Source: Octopus sinensis (taxonomy: Eukaryota). From it: a DNA stretch of 64,000 nt. Positions 39,577 to 53,584 of the stretch are shown here, in pieces. Position numbers and translations under genes: made by a program. The stretch is taken from positions 71,734,001-71,798,000 of the forward strand of contig NC_043001.1 of assembly GCF_006345805.1 (NCBI RefSeq). Reading direction: 5' to 3'. Position 1 is the first letter of the stretch. Every line of letters starts with the position of its first letter. The notes beneath the pieces are model-generated. The model saw only the letters and a program-made list of their open reading frames with translations. It made no database searches and had not been told where the DNA came from.

Positions 39577-41040
39577 TAATTCATACCACCACACTTCAGA
39601 ACTGCACTGTCACATTACACAATTTTGCAGCACTGCCACACAACACTTTTGTTAAAGAACCAAACAGTAGAGTTCATAGACTGCACGAATACATTGTTTT
39701 TCCAGTCTTAGTCTTGCAAGGTAATTCCTGAACACTACTGCCTTGGGTCCTAGGACTCATAGAGATGGCTGCCCGGTTCCCAGGCGTATAAGTGACCGAG
39801 GAGCACCTCGCTGAAGAACTTAGTAGGTCCTTTTGCTAAGCTTGTTCTTTTGCTAAACTGTTATGGGGGCGTGAATGAACGAACATCGGTTGTCAAGTGG
39901 TGAGGGAAGCAACTGTAAATACATGCATATACACACAGATACACACACAAAGATACACACACACCTGTGTGCGTATGGGTGCATGTGTGCGTGTGTCTGT
40001 GTGTCTGTGTGTAAGACAGGAGACTATATAGTTTCCGTCTACCATACTCACTCTCAAGGTATTGGTCAACAGGGAGCTATAGTATAAAACATCTTGTATA
40101 AGAATAATATAAGGTACCAATAGAATAGTATTGCCCACGGTGCCGCATAGTGGGAGTGAAACGTTCTTGACCACAAAGCCATGCCTACACCAAAGTCAAA
40201 CCTGCACCACAAAACCATACCTGAACCATGCCTGCACCTTACAATATGTAGTCAATCTACATTAGAAATATGAAGGGGAATGAACACTACCCATTTGCTA
40301 TATAATTTTCATAATTTATTCTTTGAATGTACTGATATAGTACATCTGAGAATAAAATATTGGCAGCCAGGCGTTGTGAACTTTTGTTTCGTAATAGACG
40401 TATAAAATAACTGAGAGAATTGTTTCAATTACTGCTCCACCCTCTGGAATGGGTTGAAAAGGGATGCAACTCTTAACCGTTTGCTACCAGTGTTAGTTGG
40501 CAAAGAACTTGTAATGTTCCAGGAATTTATTTAGCATTAAAGAATAAGATGTTCGTGGGTTGATTGTTGTGTGTAAGGAAAGGATGTGTGTGGTCAGAGG
40601 ATATGATGGTGAAGATGGGTATTATAATTAGTAATGACTGAATATTGTGTGTGATTGCAGAACCAGATAAATAATATGTCGGTGAAGAATATGGATAAGC
40701 ATGGGTAATACCTGATGCTATACAGTTGAGAATGACAAACAATATGGCATCTGCTGTGGTTGTGTTGGTAAAGGAGGAAGACTAGAATCAAGAGGAATCA
40801 ACATAAGTTGATGACATAAATAGAGAGTTAAGCTGAGAAAAAGAGAAAGGGATTTGAGGAGAGAGAAAGAGAAAGAGATAAGATAAGAGAGAGGGAGATA
40901 GAAAGTTGAGTTGGAAGAGATGTCCTTAAAATAGAAATATAGATTGCCGATCAAGAAGTTTGGAAGGTAGTAGAGACAGAACATGAACTGAAAGAAATGT
41001 ATAAAAAGAGAGACAAAAGACATTGAGACACAAAAGGCTG

Positions 41041-41270
41041 GTGGTTGTGGTGGTGGTGGTGGTGGTGGTGGTGGTGGTGGTGGTGGTGGTGGTGGTGGTG
41101 GTGGGGTGGTGGTGGTGGTGGTGGTGGTGGTGGTAGTGGTGGTGGTGGTGCTGGTGCTGGTGGTGCTGGTGGTGCTGGTGGTGCTTGTGGTGATGGTGGT
41201 GCTGGTGGTGCTTGTGGTGATGGTGGTGCTGGTGACGCTGGTGGCGTTAATAGTGCTGGTGGTGCTGGTA
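41041..41270. repeat. (GGT)n grading into GCTGGT repeats
   Basis: Directly visible. Confidence 0.95.
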
Positions 41271-44200
41271 GGAGTGAAACACTATTACGTTGGTTAAGTA
41301 CTTCCCACTATTTAACCGTCAAAATATTCACGCACCATTTCTTAATTCTTTCTCATTTTTCCTAAGAATTTTCTTCAATACGGTTTCTTGCTTCCATTTA
41401 CGGAACAATGAACCTGTTATGGCTTCTTATTAAATAATGCCATTGTTTATTGAAATTTTAAAATACAAGGGCATGTGAGGAGAAATATTTGATAATTCAT
41501 TTTTTCATTGAAGAATATGAAATTTTCATTATTGCATTTTCAACATTTTTGTTTTTAATTTTCTCCATTTTCTCTCTTTCCTTCTTTCATGAAATGTTTT
41601 AGAAATTATCTTCAAACATTCTCTAATAACTGGGCAGAACTTTGGAAATATCTTTTTCTTTTGTAATCCCAAAATGAAAATCCCTACAAAGAAAGCAGAA
41701 GAGCAGCTCTTACTGTTGATGAAGGGCTCTCTATACGATAGCTCGTCTTGCTAAAAATAGCAACCAAATTTCACTCAAATCATATCCTACTGCCTTGAAA
41801 ATGGGACGGCACATACGACAACGTAATCCTAAATATAGAAAAGACAGGAAAGTCACAGCTGAAACATTTTTGATCAAGGTTTGACTTGGTTTGTACTGAC
41901 CTGAGGCTAAATAGCAGCTGGGAAAGTGTCTTTTACTGCAGTACTGCGACGACCAATACCTTATAAGGGAATTTGATAGACGACAACTGTACAAAACCTG
42001 TGTATATCTGTATGTGTAAGAATATGGTGGGAAATGTGTGTTTGTACGAGTGTGTGGGTATGAATTTTTACATTCTGTGTGCTTCGCATGGAAAACACCT
42101 CAACAGATCGTCTGCTGGTTCCGTGCTTTCGGGGAAGTACAGAATATGCGTTTCTTTATATGAAAGACAGAAAAGTGTTAGCAACAGGATGGGCATTCGG
42201 CTGTAAAACATAATAGATTTCCGTCAAAGCCAAGCTAGTATGGAAAAACAAACTTTTAAAAATTTGAACTTAAAAATAACAAACAATACACAAGGAAATC
42301 TTTTAAAATAGGAAAGCAATTATATATGTGAGGTAATATTGCAAGAGACTTATATTAATTACATAATTGGCTTATTTTGTTATTTTTAAGGTTGTTTTTA
42401 CATGTAATGCAAAAGCTGGGTGTGAGACCCTAGGTATTCTAACTTTACACTAATATATAATGTATTGTTATGAATGTTTACTGGACTAATCTGTTGTTGT
42501 GACGTAGAAGCCACTTTATCTATTGCTTTAACTATTTTTGTCTAGATGGCGCTGATGAAAACCCTCTCCAATTAACCAGCAACAATAGTGATTTTCATTG
42601 ACATCTATTCCAAAATACTCATGCTTAACAGTGATGTGTACTTGCGTCACTTGCCGTCCCCAGACCTGGGATTAAAAAATTAAAAACATTGCAATCTACT
42701 CAGCTTCCAAGATGTTACTATCCGCCATAATACCAATTACATTTGTTTTGTAAACCATAAAACGACATATAAAGAAAACAGGTTAACAACTGTGATATTT
42801 AAGTCCGATAGACTCAAATATCAATATTCCCGAAATTTCTGGAATCATTTGAAAATATTTTTTTTTAATTTCAACGTATTGAAATTATCTTCTGACTCTG
42901 ACACAGCATTAGAATGCAATCAGTGAAATAGCTGTGAGAAGTTGTTCATACACCAAGTACACACTATAACGGTACTGGATATCTTCCACGTTTCATGTAT
43001 TTATTCAAGAGAACTAGAATGTTTTCTTAGTGTCGTCTCTTTTCCAGGTGTACGAAAAAAATCGAACTCTACATTGCAAGTTGATGACACACTCGTTGAT
43101 GTTACAGTGCTTCCACTTCCTGAAACATGAACATGAATTATATAGCACAATGAAATATCTGCATAAAACTATGTCAGTTTTGCATTTGATGCTCAAATGT
43201 ACTGACCCGGGACATACAAAAATTGTAGAAAAGCCAGAATGTGAACCACTGATCTTTTAACTTCCTAGTAATTTCCTGCATACTCAGACGTTCACTTTCA
43301 CATAATAAACTTAGGGTAAATGCACATAAATTATACGTATTCATTCTATGACATACCCTTTCCGTATACACACCCAAACACGCACACACATGCACGCGCA
43401 TACATAAGTCCGTGCTTTAAATACACTAACAACAAGCGTTGCGCAATGTGCGGGGCTAAGATAATTAACTGTCAACAGCAGAGGAGAAACTATCAATAAT
43501 TTTGTACAGTACCACTGGTGACGGGGCGAATTCGTCCCGTGATAAAATCCATCTAATACAGAATGCAAACACCCTGAATACAGAACGCTCGAACTTTTGA
43601 ATCCTCTGGGGAAAAACAATTTAGACATGTTGAGATAACGGAACGGTATTGAATTGTGAGAAAGAGGGTTTTACAGAGAGAAAAATAGAGAAAGTAAGAC
43701 TGAGAAGGAAAAAATAAACAGTGATACATAAATAGAAGAGAGAAAGAATATGAAGGCAAGAAGAGGCCAATGTAGTTGCTTTTATTATATTAAGTCGTCA
43801 TGTTGTCGGAAATAGACGTAAATAGAATCTAAAATTCCGCTCAGCCACGTGCTATATTGCGAAAGTAAAATAACATAAAACGGTATTCACTTATTCACTG
43901 CTGGTATTTTAATAAGTTCGCTAGATTTAAGATATTAATTTGAATGTTAATTATAACTACTACATGGGCAGTTGAAATAATAGATTACAGTAGAGTGATG
44001 GGGGACTAAACAGCTTTGATTACTTAATTTAACGTTGTCTCTCAACGTTCCTTTCAGCCTTCACTGATGTTGACTTTGCCTTTTGTCCTTCTGAGATCAA
44101 TAAAATAAGGATACCAACAGAAGAGAACAAGTTCGAATACATGTTCTTATTCTTCCGAAGTCTCTTCCTTTGACTATACCTGTCGGCTAACAAACATTTA

Positions 44201-45139
44201 TTGTGAGACTAATCGTAATAAATTTATTTATCAAGAGGTTAAATCTGAGTGACAATTAGTTAAGTTAGACATACGATTACCTAGCATGTTGGTGTCAATA
44301 GGTACAATCATAATAGTGACTTTTACAATACTTTGTTATATTGCTCTAGTGCACGAATCTCTGAGTTCAGAAACTGCCCACGTCACCATAGCCTTTTACA
44401 ATTTTTTTAGTGATCAACGAATAAATTACCACCTGTACCTGTACGTCTTCCTCCCCTCCTCTCCTTCTCTTTGTCTAGTTTTCTTTCTCTCTCTCTCTCT
44501 CTCTCTCTCTCCTTCTTTTTCTCTTTCTCACTCTCTCAGAACTACGGCTGCAACTCAAAGGTCCGACTTCGTTGATAGAATAACTGAGCGCTCATCGCTG
44601 AAACCGGCGTAAAATCCACCATTACTTTGATCACGTAATATATTTACTTTCGTATCCATTGCAACGAATGCATTGTAGCAAACTGGAAATTCTCAGATAT
44701 CCTGATGTCATTTTCCAGTTTTGTACAGAATTTTGTTCTTAAGAAATATACCATGTGATCATTGCCAAATCACGATTTGGTGATGGGGACTTTGTTTTGG
44801 TGAGAGGTGGTTATAACCATCATTGATATCAGCAAATAATGTGTATTTTCACGGAGAAATATTCCAATATAGATATTCAGAAATTTTACAGCCACTCCCT
44901 GTTTTTACTTTCTACCATCTCAGTTCAAATCCCGCTGAGGTTAACTCTTGGCTTTCATTTATTGATATCACATTCATATCTTTCTGAACTTCTCACCTGC
45001 ATTGCTCAAAGTCGTTTTCAAACATTTATTTCATTTACATACATGGTACTGCTTCAAGCAAATTACAACATTCCTTACATACTCACACCCAACTCCCCCC
45101 CACACACACAAACACAGACAGGTGGATGGAGAGAGAGAG

Positions 45140-45238
<99 letters not shown>

Positions 45239-45364
45239 CAGACAGATAGATAGACTGATTCTGGCTATCAAAAATTAATTTGTACTTCGGTTCAAAAATG
45301 TTATTTTTCCTACCTGATAGGTAACAAAGTTTTTAAAAGAGATTTATTCGGATGGTGATGGGTT

Positions 45365-45460
45365 TAAATTTCGCCGAGGTCGACTTTGCCTTTCATCATT
45401 CGGGGTCGATAAATTAAGTACCAAAAATTTTGAGCCTTGTGCCTAGAGTAGAAAAGAATA
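45365..45460 (+). mobile_element. SINE family A, partial
   Basis: gccgaggtcgactttgcctttcatcattcggggtcgataaattaagtacc. Confidence 0.75.
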
Positions 45461-45539
45461 TATTATAGTTATCAGGTAAACATTAAAAAAATTTTGTTAA
45501 GCCATTAACAAAGTGGCTTGACAAAATTTCGGTTCGAAA

Positions 45540-45632
45540 ACTGAAGGATAGGAAAAACATTTTTATCATTCAAGTTCCAGACATATTTAGACAACATAGT
45601 AGTATGTTTTTCTAAATATCTAAAAGGATGAG
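45540..45632 (-). pseudogene. Small PLE GIY-YIG fragment
   Basis: HPFRYLEKHTTMLSKYVWNLNDKN corresponds to SNFRLKHKAGCTTLSSNIWELKGKN at 11410-11480. Confidence 0.65.
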
Positions 45633-45680
<48 letters not shown>

Positions 45681-45682
<2 letters not shown>

Positions 45683-45911
45683 GTTTCTTTATTGGCCACA
45701 CAGGGCTGCACACAGATGGGACAAGTTACAAGGTAGAGCTTTTCTTCTGGGGGAGAAAAAAAAAGGTGGCGTAGGTTTTCGATCAAAAGGGATCGTAAAA
45801 GGGAAAAAAGAACAAAAAAAAGAAAAAAGAAAAAAAAGGAAAAGAAAAAAAAGAAAGAAAATGAAGAAAAAAAGGAAAAGAAAAAGAAAAAAGAAAAAAG
45901 GGAAAAAAAAA
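45681..45911 (-). mobile_element. Tx1-like LINE 3' UTR stub inserted within (GATA)n
   Basis: tttattggccacacagggct matches tttattgtagccacacagggct at 24708; (GATA)n on both flanks. Confidence 0.75.
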
Positions 45912-46547
45912 GATAGATAGATAGATAGATAGTTAGATAGGGTATCTACTCACACACACACTCACACACACGCACACACGAGCACAAACATGACTTGACA
46001 AGCCAATCTCACAAAAAAGATGTAGTGATGGCATGCAACTTCGTCGTTATAGATAAAACTGGCCTTCCATAATATTCCATTAGTACGGCCTTCCATAATC
46101 CAAATGAAAATCACGTATCATAAATGTTCGATAATTGTCGTTAAGTTTCGATATTTTCAAATGAAACTTGAATTATTGGTTTGTATTAATAATGAAATGC
46201 AGTTGCAAAGTGCATAATTACTCCAAAAGTAACAGCAACATTTTTTTTCATTTTCATTTTTTAAGTGGTTTTTGTCAGGAGAATAAAATATGAAGTGAGT
46301 GGGGGCATATACACATACACACACATACACTCGCATACATACACATACACACACATACATACATGTACACACATACACTCACATTCATACACATACACAA
46401 ACACTCATACACACACACATACACATTCACATACAGACTCACATACATACACATACAAACATACACTCACATACATACACATACTCACATACACTCTCAT
46501 ATACACACGCATACACATAAATATATACTTACCACATACACACACAG

Positions 46548-46657
<110 letters not shown>

Positions 46658-47699
46658 GCGCAGACATAGCTGAATGGTTAAGAAGCCCGCTTTGCAACCA
46701 CAGTGTTTCGGGTTCAGTCTCACCGCGCAAAAACACGGGAGATTGACGATGATGATGATGTTACTGTTGTTGATATTGTTCTTGGTAGTGTTGCTGTTGT
46801 AGTGGCGGTGGTGGTGGTGGTGGTGGTGGTGGTGGTGGTGGCAGTGATGTTAACGCTATTGTCCCTATTGTTGCTGTGGTGGTTATCGTCGTCGTTGAGG
46901 CTAATGTTGTTATTGTTAATGGAGGTGGTGGTGGTAGTGTTATTGTTGTTGATATTGTTCTTGGTAGTCGTTGTCGTTGTTGTTGTTATTGTTAGGGGTA
47001 TTGTTGCTCATGTTCTCCATGTTGCTGTTGTTATTGTTATTTAAACATGTTCGAGTGTGTAGTTCTACTGTAGAACTTGTCAGGTGGGGAAATTTTGTAC
47101 CTATATATTCGTAAAACCATATTTCTTTAGCCTTAGGTTGAACTGGATCGAGTAGACCTCTGATCAAAGACAAGTCCATCTGTAAACCTCCCAACTTTCT
47201 TTCGAGCAAAATCAACGACATTGTGTACCACACCACATCCTTCTGTGTTCTTAACTTTTTGAAGACGATAAGGCCTGGTTTGAGGGAGATTTAGGTGCAA
47301 TTTCTTGCAGGATGTGTGAATTATGTAGAGTATCTCCGCCCCACGTTTATTGTTAAAATATGAAAATAAACGTCCATCACTAACAACACCAACACTACAT
47401 GCTATACCACAACCACCAACACAACCACCACAAGCATAACCAATATCACCACTATCTACAATACTTTCAACAAGACGTCTATGAGTTGAGTGGAGACGAA
47501 AAGGCTGATGTCCCCAACAATACCTTTTGTAGTTGGAAAGGAGTTATAAGTTTCAAGGATACGGGCTGTGAAAGAAAGAAAGAAAACGAGATAACGATGC
47601 AAAATGAGTATTAATAGAAATAAATGGAAAATTTACGAAGTAAAATGGAGGGGAGAGAAATGATTGATTAAACTGAGACTGAATTCCATCAAAGGACGG

Positions 47700-48175
47700 A
47701 TGAGCTAAATGTAGGTTCAACGACTATTTAGCAATAGCACAGGCCCTCAGAAATTCCGGGTTGGTGTCGGCGTGCTGGAAGACCACTGGAAGTGGGACAC
47801 TCCTTGGTTTTTGTTAAAGCTTGTCTATAGAACCCGCTTCTAAATTAGACTACGCCTGCTCAGATATTCGGTATGACTTATTAAGCTCATCCTCTGCGAC
47901 GATCGATAATCTACGGCAAGATGAGCTGCTACAGAGCACAGTATCCCAAAGTGTGTATGCATGTGACCGGAGACCACATATGAACTTGTATTCGCACCGA
48001 AATTCCTAACATGAACTCTACACCCCAACAGCGACAGACGACTACAACTATGGCGTCCGTGCTTCATTACAGCTTCGACTGCGGTCGACCGTCGGATGTG
48101 GTCAACATTCGTGAGGGACGTGGTGAACTCATTGGTCAGAGCCTGCTCAACACACATCGATAAATACTGCCGTAA
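47700..48175 (+). mobile_element. Highly decayed RTE LINE 3' fragment
   Basis: WRPCFITASTAVDRRMWSTFVRDVVNS-type C-terminus. Confidence 0.45.
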
Positions 48176-48282
48176 GTACAAATAAATCCCATCATATGGG
48201 ATAGGGAGCTTAAAGGCGCAACAGTTACAAGCACATACACATGCATAGATGTATATATATATATATATATAATATATATATA

Positions 48283-48323
<41 letters not shown>

Positions 48324-48368
48324 CATACATAGATACATACACAGAAACATACATATATGTGTATGTAT

Positions 48369-48532
<164 letters not shown>

Positions 48533-49623
48533 CTGTAAATGTAATATGTGACAATTATTCGGTAGCCAAGATAAAACTCCGAGTTTTATGTGTATGTGTA
48601 TATATACATTTACACATACACACACAGAGACATATATACACCTGCTTTGCTTGCTGGTTTCTATAAAAATCCACTTAAACATGGCTGTTCCGAAGGAACC
48701 GACATTGATTTAGAAGTTGAACTTTAGAAGCTGAAATATGTCACAAGCATGTTTTAACTAACCTAAAGTTCACTTACGCCTAAACATTGCTTGGCACTGA
48801 TACTGCTGTAACTTTTTACGACCTGGTGGTCTGATGGTACAATTCAGTTAGTATTGACTGCGTTTTATTTAAAGCTGCAGCTTAATGTTTCGGTAAAAGT
48901 CATTCATTCATAGAATAAGTACCAGCCTTAAAAATTAGCACTGGGGGTCGATTTCATGGACTCAACCTTTCAAGGCGAAGCCACAGCATAGTCGCTTGTC
49001 CATTGACTGAAACAAGATAAAAAGATAGAAATTCATCGTAAATTCTAAACAGAACTGAATCCATAGGACAAGGTTCACAATACACGAGGGGTTGCTCTAA
49101 CCGGGAGTAATTCTCCTTTTCGCATACAACACCACAACCTCCATAACACAGCTACAGCTATAGGGGATTTCAATATCTATTTCCTGTCGTTGTCATCAAG
49201 TGGGATAAGATAACGCATCAGTATTTTACTTAAATATCCTTCATCAAATATATCAATATTGATTTGTTCTTTGTATTTTCCTTCCACTTCCTTCGATTTT
49301 TTTTGTTATATTTATTTATTCATACCTTTATTTATTCATGCATTTATTTATAACTAATATTCCTTCGAGAATAGTTTTTGAGTCCGTTGTTGCTTTCAAT
49401 ATATTTTCGTTTCTTTTATTTTCTCTATTTATTTTGAGGCTACGCGGTCAGTGATGAATAGAATCAATGTGTGTGTGTAGTTGTAAGTGTGTGTGAGTAT
49501 GAATGTGTGTGTATGTATGTGTGTGTGATTGTGTGTATATGCATCTACATCTGTATATCTATATTTCTATATGTATATACTTGTACGAATATATGTGTGT
49601 GTATGTATACATATATATATATT

Positions 49624-49656
<33 letters not shown>

Positions 49657-50334
49657 ATATACGCATAAATACAGCACATATATTTACACATATATATAGA
49701 AATATATAAACAATATATAAACAATATATATATTCATATATGCGTGCAAGAGTATATGTATATACATATTTATGTATATGTGTGTACATATGTGTACATA
49801 TGTGTGTACACACATGCGTGCGTTATACGTAAATACAAATGCTCACACATGCACATTCATAATTCATATGGAGACACATATATATGTACATATATCCTGT
49901 ACGTACGTGGATGTATACATAGTTATATATACACACAAATACATGCATACACATACGCACACATTTATACACTCATATATAGAAACACACATCCACAAAA
50001 GTACATACATATACATACATACTTATACGTATGCAAAACACATACACACATGTCAAAATTAATATCTATATCTCCAATTACTTCATGTTTACTTTTCATC
50101 CAAGGGAGATTTCGGAAAGCAACAACTCTCTACATATTGTTTGCTATTGTTGCTGTTTTTGTTGCGTTTGTTATTGCCGCTATTGTCAACATAATTTTAC
50201 ATAATTCTCGAGAGTTTCTTTTTCCAAATTCTAATTCATTTACACACACACCACCACGTGCATGTGTGTATGTATGTATTATGTATATGTATTTATATTA
50301 TTTATATATACATACACACACACACACATATATG

Positions 50335-50400
<66 letters not shown>

Positions 50401-51207
50401 CACACACACTCACATATATATACTCAGGATCAGAATAAAACTGGCGATTCGATTGTCAATTTTTTTTTGGGGGGGGGGCTACTTGATGGTTAAATATGAT
50501 GTTTAGAATTCTATACATATATCATTCAGAGTATGATAAAAGCATAGAAAAGTTAGACATACATAGGCGCAGGAGTGGTTGTGTGGTAAGTAGCTTGCTT
50601 ACCAACTACATGGTTTCGGGTTCAGTCCCATTGCGTGGCATCTTGGGCAAGTGTCTTCTACTATAGCCACGGGTCGACCAAAGCCTTGTGAGTGGATTTG
50701 GTAAACGGAAACTGAAAGAAGCCCGTCGTTTCTCTTTTCTCTCGCTTATTATTTTGCCTCCTCTTTAGTCTGTCACTCTCTCTCCCTCACTCCTCCACCC
50801 TTGCTCACGTGGCTCCCACGTGACTATCAGCCATCTTTCTTTCTCTCCGTTGTAGCTGGAACAAGGAAGATGTATTCTTGTCTGTCTCCTGTCCATGCTT
50901 GATTTACTCGTTCACTACCACAACCTCTTTTAGGCTTAACAGCCCTTCCTGTTTGTATTACCAATTTTGATCCTCCGCAAAATCCCAAATTTTATTTAAT
51001 ATGCTTTGCGGGAGCAACTGTTTTATCGAAAACGTATATTGTTGTTAAATGCTCGAAATACGAGACTAGAAAAACAGCCAACAACTGATGAAGGGTCGTT
51101 ATTTATGTTGTTTGTCTTGTTTTCCATTTGTGTCATTTGTTATTCGAAAAAACAGTTCATATTCCATGTACTCGTTTCATGACGTCCTGTACCCACATAT
51201 GCATATA

Positions 51208-51720
51208 TCTATATATATAAAACTGTAGTTGTGTGAGTGTCTGTCCCCTTCGATTTAGATTCCTAACTACTCCCATATTTTGCGGTGCAGTTTAACCAAA
51301 TTCGGGTATCTTATAGTCGTGATTCATATCGAGCCCGTCTGAGTATTAGCGCGCGTCTACGATGAGTCTACGATTTTAAAAATAATTTAACATCATTTTT
51401 TATTCCATTTTAATGCATAATTTTTCGTGTGTCGATGGCGGCGGAATTGGAGTCCATGGTCACACCTGCACCTGTTTGCTTCTCCCCCTTCTTCCCTCTC
51501 TCGTGAAGCTGTGGGGAAGGGAGTGTAAAGAAATCAACGTCGTAAAGCGTTGTCAAGGAAACCAGCGTTCTTTTAGAACAACGACTTCATGGCTTGAAGA
51601 CACCAAAACAGAAATGGCTAAGAAAGCCCGAATTGGCATCTATAAGGGAAGTAACTCTCTAAAAATGCTTATATAGTTATTTCCCTTACAAACCCGAGCA
51701 ACGCCGGGCGATACTGCTAG
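51208..51720 (+). mobile_element. Non-autonomous Helitron
   Basis: A|TC...CTAG|T termini with a cccg-agcaacgc-cggg hairpin 8 nt before CTAG. Confidence 0.82.
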
Positions 51721-51734
51721 TATATATATATATA

Positions 51735-52372
51735 GGACACTTGTCCTAAGCCACTTTGACTACTGCTCTCAGTTATGGTCACCATCCAGTGTCAAGTTGA
51801 TCACAGAGCTCGAGGCGATCCAACGTAGCTACACGAAGAAGATAGCCTCTATGCAGAATGTAAGCTACTGGGAAAGACTCAAGAAATTAAAATTATATTC
51901 CCTGGAGCGTAGGCGGGAAAGATATGCCATAATATACATCTGGAAGATCCTGGAGGGAAGTGTCCTGAACTTTGGCATCGAGAGTTACGCAAATGCCAGA
52001 ACTGGGCACCACTGCGTGGTGCCTAGGACTCCAAACTTGCCATCAAGATGTAGGACAAGATTCTGTGATAGCCTGGGCTTCCGAGGCCCGCAGCTCTTCA
52101 ATATCCTCCCGAAGAACCTGAGAGACCTGCATGGGGTGGATACAGATGTCTTTAAAATGAAGCTGGATCTCTTCCTGTCAGGTGTCCCAGATGAACCAAC
52201 TTCACGGCAGGAGGAGCAGACGAGGGCAGCTGCATCGAACTCTCTCATGCACCAAATAGCAGTTGCTAGAAAGCCTTCATGAAGTGAAACCAAGTAGCAA
52301 CACCAAATGGCGGTGCCCCAGCATGGCCACAGCTCATAAGCTGAAACTAGAATCAATCAATCAATCAATCAA
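51735..52372 (+). mobile_element. CR1-clade LINE 3' end
   Basis: HFDYCSQLWSP, LEAIQRSYTK, SYWERLKKLKLYSLERRRER; stem-loop tail and (AATC)n terminus. Confidence 0.88.
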
Positions 52373-52832
52373 TATATAGGTATAGATGTATGTATGTACA
52401 TATACGTATGTATATATGCATATATATATATTATTTATATTATTATATATGTGTGTTTGTGTGTTTGTCCCCCAACATCGCTTGACAACCGATGCTGGTG
52501 TGTTTACGTCCCCGTAACTTAGCGGTTCGGAAAAATAAACGATAGAATAAATACTAGGCTTACAAAGAACAAGTTTTGGAGTCGATTTGCTCGACTAGAG
52601 GTGGTGCTCCAGCATGGCCGCAGTGAAATAACTGTAACAAGTAAAAAGAAAAGAAAGTAAAAGTAATACATAGTTTATATGCCGTTCTAATCAAAAGTTA
52701 TCTCTTACGCTGTCTAATTTAAAATAGATACATTTCAAGATATATACATGTATGTATATGTATATATTTATGTATGTATGTATGTATGTATGTATGTATG
52801 TATATATTTATGTATGTATGTATGTATGTATG

Positions 52833-52874
<42 letters not shown>

Positions 52875-53072
52875 ATATACAAATTAGTAAATAAATGGCA
52901 CAACTAAGTACCGATATTTACTGGAAATAGCGAACGTAAAAATACGACGCTAATGTGTAGCTTCACCGCGTATGTATTAGCAAAAATGCGTGTGTGCAAC
53001 AAAATAGAGAAAAAAAACCGTCTTACCTCCAGGGAGAACATCTGAAAGATGAAACACCCGGAAAATGGATAA

Positions 53073-53146
53073 TGTGGTACCTGCAGTTTTCAGGTTTTGC
53101 AAGATATGTTTCTCACCCATATTTTGCTTTACCTTCTTCAGCCAAA
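53073..53146 (-). ncRNA. Candidate type-I hammerhead ribozyme
   Basis: tttgg CTGAAGA AGGT [extended hairpin] ACCT GAAA A CTGCAG GTA ccaca: intact core, palindromic CTGCAG loop III, GUA site. Confidence 0.65.
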
Positions 53147-53320
53147 CATATACCAAGACGAAATCTACGATGTTACCACATTAATACTAACACACTCGAC
53201 TGAAATACGGAACGCTAACAGTACGAGAAACGGTGAAGAAGTTTCAAAATATCAGTAATGCAATACAAAGTATATATATATATATGTATATATATATATA
53301 ATATATATATATATATAATA

Positions 53321-53396
<76 letters not shown>

Positions 53397-53460
53397 TGAC
53401 AACAAAAGAATGAATGAGACCTCAATATTATGTAAATAGAGGAATTTATCTATAAATATG

Positions 53461-53584
53461 TAATATAGGACAATATAGATAGTTGTCATAATAATGCTCA
53501 GAGTTTTAGATGCCGAATGTCTTTTAGCCCCGGCATCTGAAACTCTGAGTACTATTATGACAACTAACTGATTGTCCTATATTA
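53461..53584. repeat. Palindromic element (~54-bp arms, 15-nt loop)
   Basis: taatataggacaat...ctcagagttttagatgccg / cggcatctgaaactctgag...attgtcctatatta. Confidence 0.9.

Larger units (their letters stand above)
50565..52660 (+). mobile_element. SINE family B split by nested insertions
   Basis: Head 50565-50728 and tail about 52455-52660, with Helitron and CR1 pieces between them. Confidence 0.72.

Noticed and set aside
41045-41365. Gly/Ala-rich ORF resembling a structural protein
   Set aside because: Derived from GGT/GCTGGT repeats, with no start context or splice evidence.
41705-41750. TTGATGAAGGGCT...AGCTC hammerhead-like start
   Set aside because: GAAA and stem III are absent.
42542-42554. 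CTAGATGGCGCTG, a CTCF-like core
   Set aside because: A single short motif in 64 kb is not supportable without binding data.
44170-44640. Possible solo LTR, or the hydrophobic ORF 44286-44612
   Set aside because: TG/CA termini are ambiguous, there is no TSD, and the ORF runs through a CT microsatellite.
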